The notes under the pieces: model-generated | The model's input: the letters and a program-made list of their open reading frames with translations, nothing else | Databases searched by the model: none | Told to the model about the DNA's origin: nothing | Made by a program: the position numbers and the translations under genes | In this document: in pieces, positions 39,101-52,901 of the stretch | Position numbering within the stretch: the stretch's first letter is position 1 | How the letters are laid out: each line of letters starts with the position of its first letter | NCBI GenBank assembly: GCA_051294375.1 | Contig: CM119269.1 | Location: 13,548,790-13,612,789 of the forward strand | Direction: 5' to 3' | From: Paraspadella gotoi | Lineage: Eukaryota; Animalia; Chaetognatha | Length of the DNA stretch: 64,000 nt

Positions 39101-39420
39101 TTTTGACTTTTTGTTGTTTTGGTCTTTTTGTCTTTGCGTTCATTGTAGTCATTGTAGTCGAAGGTTCATCGTCTTGGCCTTCTGTCACTTTTATCATTTA
39201 CAGCCTTTGTCACTCCTATCATCTTTATCATTCTTCTTCCTCCACATTTCCTCATTGTCTTTAATCTTTGATGTCGCTTTCATCATCGTCGTTACAGTCA
39301 TTATTGTCATCATTCTTCGTCATCGTCTTCTGTTTTTGTCGTTAAATCATCGTTATTTTTCTCCGTCATTGTCTTGTCTTTGTCATCGTCGTGATCACCA
39401 TCGTCGTCATCATCGTCGTC

Positions 39421-41131
39421 CTACGAGGCGACGCCGAAGACGTCCCCTCGCCTCGGATCGTTTCCGTTGACGCCGTCGAGATTTCCCCGCGATCCCCGAT
39501 GAGCGTTTCCGCAGGTTTGGTCCCGCTGTTGCTGCAGGTGCAGCAACTGCCCGTTGCTGGCGCTGTGGTTGGCGTTGACGTAAAAATTGTTTCTGACGAT
39601 GTTGCCGGGATTTCCGCCGACGCCGCCGCCGACGTGGGCGGATTGGTGATGCGTCAGCAGATTGGGCACGCCGACGCAGGAGTGAGGGGGAGCACCGAGT
39701 TGGGAAGGTGGTTGCTGCAGCTGCGGCGGTTGCTGCAGCGACGGCTGTTGCTGCGTCATGGACTGCGGCTGCTGCTGCTGCTGCGCGGCTCCGTAGGCCG
39801 GATTGTTGTTCGACAAGGGTGAGTAAGATTTGAGTTCGGTGAAGATTTCGGTGAAGAAGGACGCGTCCGAGTTTATTTTTAGCATCTGAGGAGACATTCG
39901 GTTCACGATGCGGAGGCAGCGATCCCAGAACCTGTTTTGGGGGCGGTGGGGGGGGAGACTCGTTTAATCATGAGATGTGAATCGCGTTTGAATAAAAACA
40001 CAATTTAACAAAAATCAAATATTCGGAGTAAATAAAAAAGTGTCACAAAAGATAAATTTTTGTTGTTTTGTATTGTTCATATTTATTTTTTTAACTTAAT
40101 TAACCTACTCCATAAAACCGTCTTCGTTTCTTTTCTAAATATAATCTTCTTCGAAATGCAATTTTGCTTATTTTTCTTTGGAAAAACTTCAGAATAGAGA
40201 CTTGAGCAAGGGTTCGAAAACATATTTGTTATTAATAAAAAAAGTTTTTCTATCAACCTCGCTAAACTTCTTTGTATCGAAAATTAATATATTCCTGCAA
40301 AAGTTTAAAAATACGCATAATATATAATATAAAATGTCTCTTAACAAAATCGCAAAGACTAATTCAATAAGTAGCGTCAGTTTTCAAAGATTTCAGTAAA
40401 TCCGTTTCATCATGCTCGCTTCGCTTAGAATTTTTTCAAAATTTCCCGCCAAAATTCCAAGGAACTTACCTTTCCCGATCCTGCTCAACGAGGAATGGCT
40501 TCAACGGGTAGGAGATCTCGTTCCCCATGTAGGAGTAACTCAGGTAGAGACAAGTGAGGACGATCGCTTGGAGTTCGTGTTCGCTGTCCACCTCTTCGTC
40601 CACGAAGTCAGCGGAACGAGCATGTAGACAAAGACGACGTTGGCCGGGTTGATGAACGCGATGTCCTTGAGGGGGGGGGTAGGGGCGAAGGGAGAAATGA
40701 AGACGGGAATCGTGGGGGGGGGAAAGGTTTTTTAGAAAAGGAGCAGGGAGAATTCGAATCGTCAATTTGGAGGGGGGGGGTGAAGTTTTTGAAAAAAGGG
40801 GTAAAAAGTGGGGTCAGGGGACAAATAGGGTGAAATTGTGTAAAGAAGAGTGCAATGGGAAAACAAAGAAGACAAAAACGGGAAAATTGGTAGGGGCAGA
40901 GTAAAAACAAAAAGGAAGCAAGAAAAAGAAAAAAAAAAGGTGACAGATGGAAATCAAAAAGCGCCAAACAGCAGCAAAGAGGGCGTCAGCAGTCAGCACG
41001 AACCAGCGCGTGAAGCGGTTTTAAAGTGGCCACAATGCTTACCTGCCAGCCTTGTAGCAATAGACTCCTGTCTACGGTTCTCATCCACATTACAGCATCT
41101 CCGGGTTCGAAGTCCCTTAACCTTGGAAAAC

Positions 41132-41181
<50 letters not shown>

Positions 41182-42336
41182 GATAAAATAATCACGTTGT
41201 TTAATTTGCAAATTTATATCAGAATGTAATAATAAATTGGTATATAAAATATAGAAAATCCTTCCCAGGATTTTGAGGATATATTCTGATACATATCAAT
41301 CTGGATCAACCTGGGACACGTCCGGTGCAGAAACTCTCCGACAGACTTGAGCAATTCCGATGTGGAGGCTTGAATGACCGTCTTCTTGGGAGATGTCGAC
41401 GTGACGCTCTTCCCTACGATCGATTCGCTCTTCTTCAGCAGATTGTGGTGGTGATGGTGGTTGTTGTTGTTGCCCACGCCGCCGATCTGTGGTCAAAGGT
41501 GGGCGATTGGAATCTTATCTTATCTCATCTCATCTCATCTGTGGACAAAGGTGGACGATTGGACTCTTATTTCATCACATCGCATCTCATCTCATCTCAT
41601 CTCATCTCATCTCATCTCATCTCATCTCATCTCATCTCATCTCATCTCATCTCATCTCATCTCATCTCATCTCCTCTCATCAATTTTAACGAATCGATAT
41701 AAAGTAGTTTCAAAGAATATGATTTAATTATAAATTATTAATTATAAATACGCATGAACAGAAAAAATAAGCATCGTTAGCCCATTCAATCTTTACAATC
41801 GCTCCACTGCACACAGTGCACAGTACAATTCCCCCCCCCTCCTGCATACTCGCCATGGAATTCTCTCCCACCCCCCCTCAAAAAAAAACAAACCTTAAAC
41901 TCTGGATCGACGACGGCGCTCCCGACGCCCCCTGGTTTGAGGTTGTAGCAACTGACGGACTTTTTGAAGCCGACGACGGGCGGCGCCCTCGCCGCGTCGG
42001 CCGCGTGGACGTTGTTGTCCGCTTTGAGGGGAAAGAGTTTGTTGGAGACTTTCTCCTTCTTCTTGAGAGAAGCGACGGAGGCGATCTTCTTCCAACTCAG
42101 GGCGTTGATGAAGATGGAGTGCTTCTTCAAGGGAGGCTTCTTCTCGCCCGTCATTGGCTGGAGAGGGAGAAGACGGGTGGAGGGTGGAGAGTGGGGAGGT
42201 GGGGGGGAAGGAGAAGAGAAAAAGGAGAGAGAAGAGAGGGAAGGTTAAAGAAGGGAGAAAAGGAAAGAAGGAGGAGGGAAGGAGAAGAGAAGGGGAAGAT
42301 GAAAAGAGTGGTAAAGAAAGATAGAGAGGAGGAGAA

Positions 42337-42433
<97 letters not shown>

Positions 42434-42924
42434 GGAGGAAAATGATAGAAAGGTAAAGAGAAGGAAATGGAAAGAACGTAAAAAAAGAGAGGAAAAGGAA
42501 AGAAAGAAAGGTTAAGGAAAAAAAAAGGAGAAAGGAAAAGGGAAAAGAGAAATCATTGGGATTGAAGGGTCGGGGTGAAAAGGCAAATTTAATAATCATT
42601 TCAAAAAGCTTTTCCCCATTTCACATCACGTTTTAAATCAAAGCTCGATTGCGCAATGCGCATGTTCTGCAAAACAATTAAAGCTCAGTTCTAAATTGTA
42701 TTATAATATAATACGTAAACTAAATAATTTAAATGAATTTATCACCAATTAAATCAATTATCGTTCATTACTTGGTTCTGATTTTGCTGCTGCAGAGTGT
42801 TCTTTTGCGGCAGCTGCGTCCCGAGTTGCGGCGGCTGTTGTTGCTGCACCACCATGTTGGCAGCGAGTTTCTGATAGTGATCGTGCTTGGTGTTGACTAG
42901 AATGTTGTTCCTGTTGAAGTGTGA

Positions 42925-42986
<62 letters not shown>

Positions 42987-43070
42987 GAGAAAGCAAATTT
43001 AGGGGAAAAATTGGATATTTTTTCTTGGCAAGTCTCTCATATTTAGGCTGTTACAAAGATCAGGGAGAGA

Positions 43071-43113
<43 letters not shown>

Positions 43114-43499
43114 TACAAAAAAAAAACCGACCTCAGAATCGCTGGGGCGAAATACGCGGGTAAAAAAAAATCGGAAATTGGAGAGGGAGAAAGAGAAAAA
43201 AAAGCGTAACCTTGGGACTCGAACGCTGGAGAACCGTCGACTTTGACGTTTATTACTATCACTTCTAATAACTCTAGGTTTTTTACGCGACCTTGAGAGC
43301 CACGCCCCCTTTCAAACCCCACCCCTCCTTTCCCGCTTCTTCGTCTGGGCTTCATCGAAAGTGTTTTTTTTTTCTCCCTTTCCGTTGATGATTACTTTTC
43401 TCCTTCATCATCGTCTTCTCAGTCTTGAGTCTCTTCAGTCTAAGTCTCTTTCATTCCAAGTCTCTTCACTCTTCTGTCTTGAGTCTTTTTCTTTCTTCC

Positions 43500-43535
<36 letters not shown>

Positions 43536-44373
43536 GCGCGTTTTTCTCTCTCTAAAAAAACTTTCCTCGATCACAAATCCTTTTTTTCTTCTTTTTTTCT
43601 TCTTTTGTCTTCATCCGTGTTTTCTTTTTTCGCTGCGCCGACTCTTTTTTTTGTTTTTCCTCATTCTTTTTTCTCTTTCTCTTCCGAGTTACGGCCGAAG
43701 TAAACTTTTTCGGTCGGTCGGTCCTTCCGATGGTATATATGCTGTTTTTTTTTTGTTTTTTTTTTATCTAACTATCCGTTTCTTTCTCTACCTTAATTAA
43801 TTAATTAATTAATTAATTAATTACGTAATTAGTTTTAAATTCATAGGAAGATAAGTTAATAAGTATGTTTGCAAACAAAAATATTTCAAGCTTAATTATT
43901 CAGTTTATCATCTATAAATACTATCATATATTCTCTCAATTTCGTTCACTTTTTGTTTATTTAGTTTTTTCTTATCACATCGGATTAAATATAAAAACTT
44001 TTGCTTTTTTTCCCTTTGTTTTTCCTTTGTTTTTTTTTTTTTTTCCTTTTTCTTTTTTCGTTCAATTATACAGACTTTGTTTATCTTTTCGTTGTTATCC
44101 TTTGTTTCCTATTTCTTTTAAATACATAGACTTTTGTTTATTCCATTTTCTTTGTTATCCTTTTCATTTAAACATACAAAGTTAGTTTTTAGTTTTTCAA
44201 ACCCCTATCTCCGCTCTATTAGAGGAGCCCGCTTTCCCTCCATCACCCCAAACCTGCTGTTGTTGACGGCCTCGTATCCGTAGCCCTGGCTGTTGACGAA
44301 CGACTCCGGGAGGTTGGTCTCGTCGAATAGCGGCTTCCGAGGACGCGGCGAAAAACTCAAAACGGTTCCCCAT
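39421..44373 (-). CDS. CDK5R1: Cyclin-dependent kinase 5 activator (p35/p39 family), 7 exons: 44373-44254, 42910-42772, 42157-41894, 41486-41311, 41121-41043, 40665-40470, 39931-39421
   Basis: MGTVLSFSP myristoylation start (needs removal of 1 nt), [142 protein letters not shown]. The symbol denotes the family; invertebrate p35 is co-orthologous to CDK5R1 and CDK5R2. Confidence 0.97.
41583..41672 (+). repeat. (ATCTC)n pentanucleotide microsatellite in a CDK5R intron
   Basis: Visible directly. Confidence 0.95.
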
Positions 44374-44427
44374 GGCGACGGAGAGTGGTCAGCTCAGGGT
44401 GGCGAGAGGTAGAGAGAGAAGTTGCGG

Positions 44428-44540
44428 TGCCCGGATGCAGAGTCGGCGGCGCCGGATGCAGGGTCGTTCAGCGCCCGGATGCAGTGCGGGCGGCGCCCAG
44501 ACGGCTGCGGCGCGCGGAGTCACTAGTTTAGTCACGTGAC
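44428..44540 (-). promoter_or_regulatory. GC-rich 5' region of CDK5R with three CCGGATGCAG motifs and a palindromic E-box GTCACGTGAC (44531-44540)
   Basis: Motifs seen directly 55-170 nt upstream of the start codon; the function is inferred. Confidence 0.4.
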
Positions 44541-44593
44541 GACTCGGGGCATGTTTATTTTCTGGTTGGGGGCAGATTACGAAGATCGTCTGT

Positions 44594-44687
<94 letters not shown>

Positions 44688-44806
44688 AATTAAGCGAAAT
44701 TGATGGCTTGGGCGGAATGGAACTGAGTTCGAAAGGAATAGAGAGCGAAAGAGAAAAAAAAAGGAAAAAAAAAAGAAAGAGAAATTGATAGTTCGAGATT
44801 AATGAG

Positions 44807-44857
<51 letters not shown>

Positions 44858-44869
44858 AGAGAGAGAGAG

Positions 44870-44914
<45 letters not shown>

Positions 44915-45884
44915 CAAGTTTAAGGGCGCAAGATGAAAAAGAAATTTATGCGTTCAACATTTCGCTAAGCAAATAAATGAGAAAAAATAAAAAATAAACT
45001 AAAAAATGATAGAAAGTCATAAAGAAAGAAGGAAAAAGGGTATATATAATTATATATGATATATATGTTTTATATATATATATATGTTTTATATGGAAAG
45101 AAAGAAAGAGATAAAGGGAGATAGAAAATAATTGAAAGATAGAAAGTAAATAATAGATAAAGATAGAGAGAAAATGATTGAAAGATAGAAAGATAGAAAG
45201 AGAGGAAGAAAGAAAGAAAGTCCAGCGACGCCTAAAGAGAGTGAATAATTGGCCTCATTTTTTTAGTCCCAAAACCGAAATCAAGGGAAAGAATCCCTTT
45301 TTATTTCTTTTATTATCTGTTTCGGTTCCCCATTGCAGAATTAACTTGACTACACCATCTGGATTAACGACCCCCCGAGTCTCTTTGCCTCTTTTTATCT
45401 CCTTCCCTTTGAAACTCACTTTCTTAACTGTGTGTTTCCTTTTCCTTATTTTACTTAGTATTATTAGCCTTGTACAATGGTACATATCTCGGATTTTTTT
45501 TCCAAGCATGCCCCATTTTATTTTAAATTGGGAATTCGATACATTTTTTTGTAAAGATAAGGTTACATGTTAGGGATTAGGTTAGTGATTAAAGTTAAGC
45601 ATAGATTTATATATTATATATTTTAGTTAAATATTAAAATAAAAGTTAGATTCTGGGATGAATGAATATAATCAGGAAATGAGAGCCCAACTCTCCACCT
45701 TCTCTAGAAAAAAAACTTAACGAAAGAAAAAATAATATTTTGTCATTTTTTTGGTTTCGATCCTCTTAAAGTCTTGGATCGTTTCGTTGACATCGGATGA
45801 TGAATCTCTGCAAGTTATCGATCTAATGTCGTACTTGTCGTTGTTGTCGTTGTTGTTGTTGTCGACGACCGCACGACGAAAAAG

Positions 45885-46545
45885 ATCGGTCATTCGTTTT
45901 TTTCTCCTTATTTTCTTTTTTTCCACGTTTACTTCGTTATTACTATTGTTAAATAAAATTTATCGATCTTTCTGTGCTAACTAAATGCATATGAATTCGT
46001 CGTGTCGTCTGTCTGTTCGTTCGGCGTCATCCTGGGCTGGGTTATTGCTCACGACATTGTCGCCAATCACGTCTTGTCTTGTCTGTTCGATCTCTCCTTC
46101 TCTGTACACTTTCTTTGTTTTTCTTTTATTTTTCTTCTGTTCTTTCTTCTTTCTTTCTTTCTTTCTTTTTCTTTTTTCTTCTTTCTTCTTTTCTTTCTTC
46201 TTTCTTTCTTTCCTTTCTTTCTTTCTTTCTTTTTCTTCTTTTCTTTCCTTTCAAAAAAAAAAACGCCAAAAAATCAAAAACCAAAAATTACAATTCTGCA
46301 GGCCTCGCCGGACACTAATCAAAAGCGGACTGTTTTGATTGTCTGCACCTCTTCCCTTTCCTCTCTCTTCTCTCTCTCTTCTCTCTCTCTCCTTCTCTCC
46401 TCTCTCTCTCTCTCTTCCCCTCTCGCCTACCTTCTCCTTCTCTCTCTTCTATTTTGACCACTAAGGACCAAACACATTTTGGCCTCCCTTCTCGTCCTCT
46501 CTTTCCGCTTCTTCCGGCCCCATGCATCCGTCCCTAATCCTCTCT

Positions 46546-46580
<35 letters not shown>

Positions 46581-47289
46581 TCTCTCCTCTCTCTTCTCTC
46601 TCCTCTCTCTGCCCATGTCTTTGCCAATCACGCTGACTCTCCCTCTTAACCTCACCCAATCAATCTCCATCTCACTTCATTTATATTAATTCGATTCTTA
46701 AAAGATCATTCGCTTAAAGGAGGACGACGACCGACGACGACGGACGACGACGACGACGACGACGCAGCCGGTATCGATATTCGAATAGATTCCTCTTCTT
46801 CTGTTTAACCGGCGTTCGCAATTTCGAATAATGTATCCCACCAACGGGTCTTTGGTCATTGAGGAAACGGCTGAGAATTTCTTTTCTCTCTCTTACGACT
46901 GACTTGCTACTGATTGACTTGACTTGACATGACTGACTGATGGATTGCTGCTTGTTCTTGTCTGTTGTCTCTGTCTGTTCTTGTTCTTGTCTTGTTTTGT
47001 CTTTCTTGTCTGTCTTGTTGTTTGTCTTTTTTCTTTCTTTTCTTTTCTTTTCTTTTCTTTCTTTTTTCTTTTTGTTTCTTCTTTTTTTTTTTTTTCTTTC
47101 TTTATTCCTTATTCTTTTTTTCTTCTACTTTTTCCTCTGCCTCTTTTTTCCATTTTCTGTCTTCCATATTTTCTTTTCCTTTTTTCTGTTTATTTTCTTC
47201 CCTTCATTCTTTTCTTTTCCCTCTTCTTTTATTTTTCCTCTCTTCTCTCTCTTCTCCTCTCTCTCTCTCTCTTCTCATCTCTCTCTCTA

Positions 47290-47331
<42 letters not shown>

Positions 47332-47734
47332 TTTTACTTCGTATTAGTCCATTACCATCCAGTTTTTCATTTTATCCTCTCGCGCTTTCCTCCAACAATC
47401 TCTTTCCTTTTCACTACATTTCGTTTCGCTCTGTTTTTTTGTTCTTGCTCATTTTTTTTCCCCTTTGGACCTCAGGTTTTTTTCATTCATAATAAAAATA
47501 CCAACCAAATTATTTCCATGTTTTCCTTTCGTTTCCTCATTCCATCCGTTCTTCTCTTTCCTTCCTTCCCTTCCTCCTTTTCCTACCTCCCTCCCTTCAT
47601 TTCTTTCCGCCTCCCGTGTCTCCGCTAGCGAATCTAACTTTTTTTCTCGAGACACGCGTTGAAATGCGCGTGAGAGAGCAACAGGCCTGGGGACGAGCAA
47701 ATGAGAAAGGAGAGAAGCAGAGGAAGGGAGGAGA

Positions 47735-47765
<31 letters not shown>

Positions 47766-48004
47766 AGAGAGCAGAGAGAGAGAGAGAGGAGAGAGGAGAG
47801 AGAGAGAGATTGCCAAAAGAACATCATTTTGCATATGTGAGCCGCGAAGAGAGCGAGAGAGAGGATCTTGCTCCCGAGACAGGAGGCACATCTCTTCCTC
47901 CTCCTCTTCTCTCTCCTCCCCCGCCGCTCTATTCTGTCGCCAGCAAAAACAATTCTCATCTCTCTCTCTTCTCTCTTTTCTCTCTCTCTCTCTCTCATCC
48001 TTCT

Positions 48005-48094
<90 letters not shown>

Positions 48095-48440
48095 ACCGTC
48101 TCCATCATTACAAATCTTTCATCGAGTTTTGTTTGTTTTTTGTTCATCGATTNNNNNNNNNNNNNNNNNNNNNNNNNAAAGAAAGAAAGAAAGAAAGAAA
48201 GAAAGAAAACAAAGAAAATAAAAGAAAACAAAGAAAGATGTAACAGAGAGAAGAGAATTCGAACAGACAAGACAGACGATGGCGACAATGTCGATGCAAT
48301 AACACCAGACGCCGATGACGACGACGACGACGACGAATTCATGCTTTAGTTACACGAAAGAATCGATAAAATTATTATTACAATAGTAATAACGAAGTAA
48401 ACGTAGAAAAAAGAAAATAAGGGAAAAAAAACGAATGACA
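45885..48440. repeat. ~300-bp inverted repeat pair (45885-46200 and 48178-48440) around ~2 kb of low-complexity sequence
   Basis: gtcattcgtttt...acgtttacttcgttattactattg...gacattgtcgcca vs tggcgacaatgtc...caatagtaataacgaagtaaacgt...aaaacgaatgac. The right arm begins at a 25-N gap. Confidence 0.8.
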
Positions 48441-48680
48441 AAAATACTAAAAGAAAATAGGAATTTAGTAAAAGTTATTTACAGTAGATATGAAATTCGG
48501 CTGTATATTTAGAAATAGTTTAATATACTTATTCATTTAATATGTTTGTTTATAAAACTGCTTTGCTCAAACTATAAAACTCCATCTCCTTCCATAGACT
48601 TATTTAATATTTACGCCCCGCGACGAGTGATATTTATGGAAACCTATCAAAAAGCGAATGTCGATAGACAGGACAACAGC

Positions 48681-48754
<74 letters not shown>

Positions 48755-49391
48755 TCACCGCAAGCCTACGAATCACACCGACGGGCGACCAACCGTGTAT
48801 AAACGGCGGGTGAGTCACGCGAGTACAAAGCGGTTGAGGAAAGTGAAAGGGAAAAGGGAGAATTTAAAGGAAAGAAAAGAAAATGGGTCGGGGAGGAAAG
48901 GAGGAAAAAAGAAAAGGGTAGGAAAGGAGGAGGAAAGAAATGAGTGGAGGAAGGGGGAGAAAAGAAAAGAGTGGAGGAAAGGAATAGAAAAAAAAGGGTA
49001 GGAATGGAGGAGAAAAGAAAAGGAGAAAAAAGGAGGAGAAAAGAAAAGAGTGGAGGAAGAAGAAGAAAAGAAAAGAGTGGAGGAAAGGAGGNNNNNNNNN
49101 NNNNNNNNNNNNNTAGGAAAGGAGGAGAAAAGAAAAGAGTGGAAGAAGGAGGAAAAAAGAAAAGGGTAGGAAAGGAGGAGAAAAGAAAAGAGTAGGAAAG
49201 GAGGAGAAAAGAAAAGAGTAGGAAAGGAGGGGAAAGGAGGAGAAAAAAAAAGAGTGGAGGAAGGTAGGAAAGGAGAAAATACGCGGGGGACAGGAGAAAA
49301 TAGAAAAGAGAAAATATTTGAAAGGAGGAAAGTATGAAAAAAGGGAGAGAGAATCTTCTGAAATATATGTTTTAATGTTACAAATTACAAA

Positions 49392-49535
<144 letters not shown>

Positions 49536-49850
49536 ATATAAAAATATAAAAGCTATAGAAAATATGAAGATGTAGAAAACGTGAACTTGAAAAAGTGTAG
49601 GTGAACAGAAGACACGCTTGAGATAAAATGTGATGACATCGTGGCAAACGTTTGGAGATTATTTAGAGATGGCGTTTCCAAGTTGACGCGACGACGTGGC
49701 GTAGTCACGTTATATCAAGGATTACATCGCGACATCAGAATTAATTTTAAAAAACGGAAAATCTGTCGCTGGCAACAAGTGACGCGATGTTCTCTCGACG
49801 GAGGAAGCTTCGTCATCGTCGTTGTCGTCGTCGTTGTCGTTGTTGTTGTT

Positions 49851-49882
<32 letters not shown>

Positions 49883-49933
49883 CAGTGAAAAGACTCACGA
49901 CTAGAGTCGTCAGAATTTGGATCCATGAGTCAT

Positions 49934-49969
<36 letters not shown>

Positions 49970-51326
49970 NNNNNNNNNNNNNNNNNNNNNNNNNNNNNNN
50001 NNNNNNNNNNNNNNNNNNNNNNNNNNNNNNNNNNNNNNNNNNNNNNNNNNNNNNNNNNNNNNNNNNNNNNNNNNNNNNNNNNNNNNNNNNNNNNNNNNNN
50101 NNNNNNNNNNNNNNNNNNNNNNNNNNNNNNNNNNNNNNNNNNNNNNNNNNNNNNNNNNNNNNNNNNNNNNNNNNNNNNNNNNNNNNNNNNNNNNNNNNNN
50201 NNNNNNNNNNNNNNNNNNNNNNNNNNNNNNNNNNNNNNNNNNNNNNNNNNNNNNNNNNNNNNNNNNNNNNNNNNNNNNNNNNNNNNNNNNNNNNNNNNNN
50301 NNNNNNNNNNNNNNNNNNNNNNNNNNNNNNNNNNNNNNNNNNNNNNNNAAATAGAGAAAGAAAATAAAGAAAAAAGAAAGAAAGAAAGTAAGAAAGAAAA
50401 AAAAGAAATAAAGAAAGAAAGAAAAAAAAATAAATAAAGAAAGAAAGAGAAAAAGAAAGAAAGAAAGAAAGAAAGAAAGAAAAAAAAAGAAATAAAGAAA
50501 GAAAGAAAGAAAGAAAGAAAGATCAAGAACAGAAAGACTACATAAAACAGTGAAAAAGACAAAAATTAAAAAGAAAAAAGAAATAAAAAGATAAAAGATA
50601 AAAAAGCGTAAAGATTCCACGAACGCTATTTTCCACCTGAATTCTTTTACGCAAACGAAAGACGCAAAAGGATTTGACGTCATCGGAAATTGCGTCAGTA
50701 CGACTCATTACAATAACTTCGTTTTCAGTGCGATTGTAAGTTATTCATTCGGTTCTTCGTTGGTTCGCTTTAACGTTCTACGCCCATTCGTTCGTTTATT
50801 TATCAAAATATATATATATTTATATATTTAATATTAATTTGCTCCCCAAACGCTAAATCGGACGATACTTCTGGTAGTTATCGGAATTTTGCTTTCTTAG
50901 TCAAGTAACCATAAAACTAGTTGTTGCGGTCGTTTTCGTGGGGGCCATAAACATTACGATTCATACAACGTATATTCTGATTGTATTTACTGTTTGAAAA
51001 ATTTGTTGATAAAGAATTAAATACGTACATAAAACATTATGTCAGTGATATGAAACTGATAAAGGATAAGGAAAAAGAATCTTGGATTCCGACATTCGTG
51101 AAGGAGACGACTTCCGCCTCATCATCAACACACGAAATCACAACATATTTTTCAAACAAAAACAACAACAAGAAAGACAAATAACAACAACAACAACGAA
51201 CCACATATATTTTCTCACTTTCCCTTCAAAAAACCCTTCCCCTCTCAGTCACCATAGAATTGGAAGCAATAGCTGAGGCCAATGAGAAATATGTTTTAAA
51301 CGGCGGGGACTGAATACCCAATGCAC

Positions 51327-51424
<98 letters not shown>

Positions 51425-51805
51425 TGCTGGCCACCAATGGTCAAGAGGCGACTCCCTCTCGTTTCCATCGAGAGCGGGAAGACTTAAGCCGCGGAAGAGG
51501 AATTCGTCTTTGGGAAAAAAAATGGAGGAGAGAAGCAACAAATCGCGGTTCGTATATTTTTTCTTCGTCGTTAATAACATTAAGTTAATAAGTTTTAAAA
51601 AAAAACATTAATTAAGAATGGAGATGGAGACGTAAATAATTCGAGACATCGAAAAAATATAAAGTCTTGAATGGATGAGGAAAATGGCGGACGACGTGAG
51701 AGATAGAAAGAGATACTCAGCGAGGGAAACACCAGACATCAATGGCCGAGGATCCGACAGTTCCGGGACGCGCACCTCGATTTTCTTGCAGCAACGGCGA
51801 GAGAC

Positions 51806-51883
<78 letters not shown>

Positions 51884-52870
51884 AACAGGGTATGGCGCGC
51901 GGTTGCAGCGGCGGCTGCGGCTGCGGCGGCGAAACTGCGTTCGTGACGTAGATTCTCTTCGCGACGCAACACGCGAATCAGAGAGAAAAGCACACGAGTC
52001 AGAGGAAGGAGGAAAATGAGGGAGGAGGAGGAGGAGGAGGAGGAAGATGATGATGAGGAGGCGGAGGAGGAGGAGGAAAGAAAAATTTTACTTTTGAGTT
52101 GTATTTCTTTCTCTTTTTTAGACGGATTAAATTAACTATAATTCAAATCAAAAATTAAAATATCTTGAGCATATTTTCTTTTTTATATTTCGTTATCAAA
52201 TTTTCTCTACTTTCAGTAACGCTTTGTTCACCATATAAAAGCTAAAGAAACTAATTATTTACACATCATTAGATATAAGTATTGTTTCCGCCATCGTCTG
52301 CCGTTTTCTTTCGCTATTTCTTGCCTCGGAGATGACGGTCGTCGTCTTCGTCGTCGTCGTCGTCGTCGCCTGCAGAGAGAGAGACTTGCCTCGGAAGCCA
52401 ACGGCAGGCGATTCGGCATGACTTATGCTAATGCTTAACAATCTCTACCCTTCCTCATCCGCGAGCCCCGCCCACCTCGGCTTCTCTATTTCCTCCAGGT
52501 TTTGGCAGAGATATCCCATACCCCTTCTCCCCTCTTAACTCCACTTACTTCTCTTACCCGTCTGGATATTTAACTTATCTTCATCGAGAAATCCTTCTTC
52601 CCAATCTTAACTCACCCTCTCGATTCTCTCGCTCTTTCCTCACTCGCTCGCTTTATCTAATTTCCGTGAATGTTTTCACCATTCATCTTCCATAGCGAAG
52701 AATCTTTGTCATTTTGTTTTTTTTTTCTTTCCCCCTCCCCTTTTGTTTCACTCTATCTCTCTCTCACTCTCTCACTCTCTCACTTTCTCTTTCGTTTGCC
52801 GACATAATTCCAACCACGTTTCCACTTCCTCTTTCTTCTCTCTTTTTGAACGACGATTTTCGCGTCTCCG

Positions 52871-52901
<31 letters not shown>

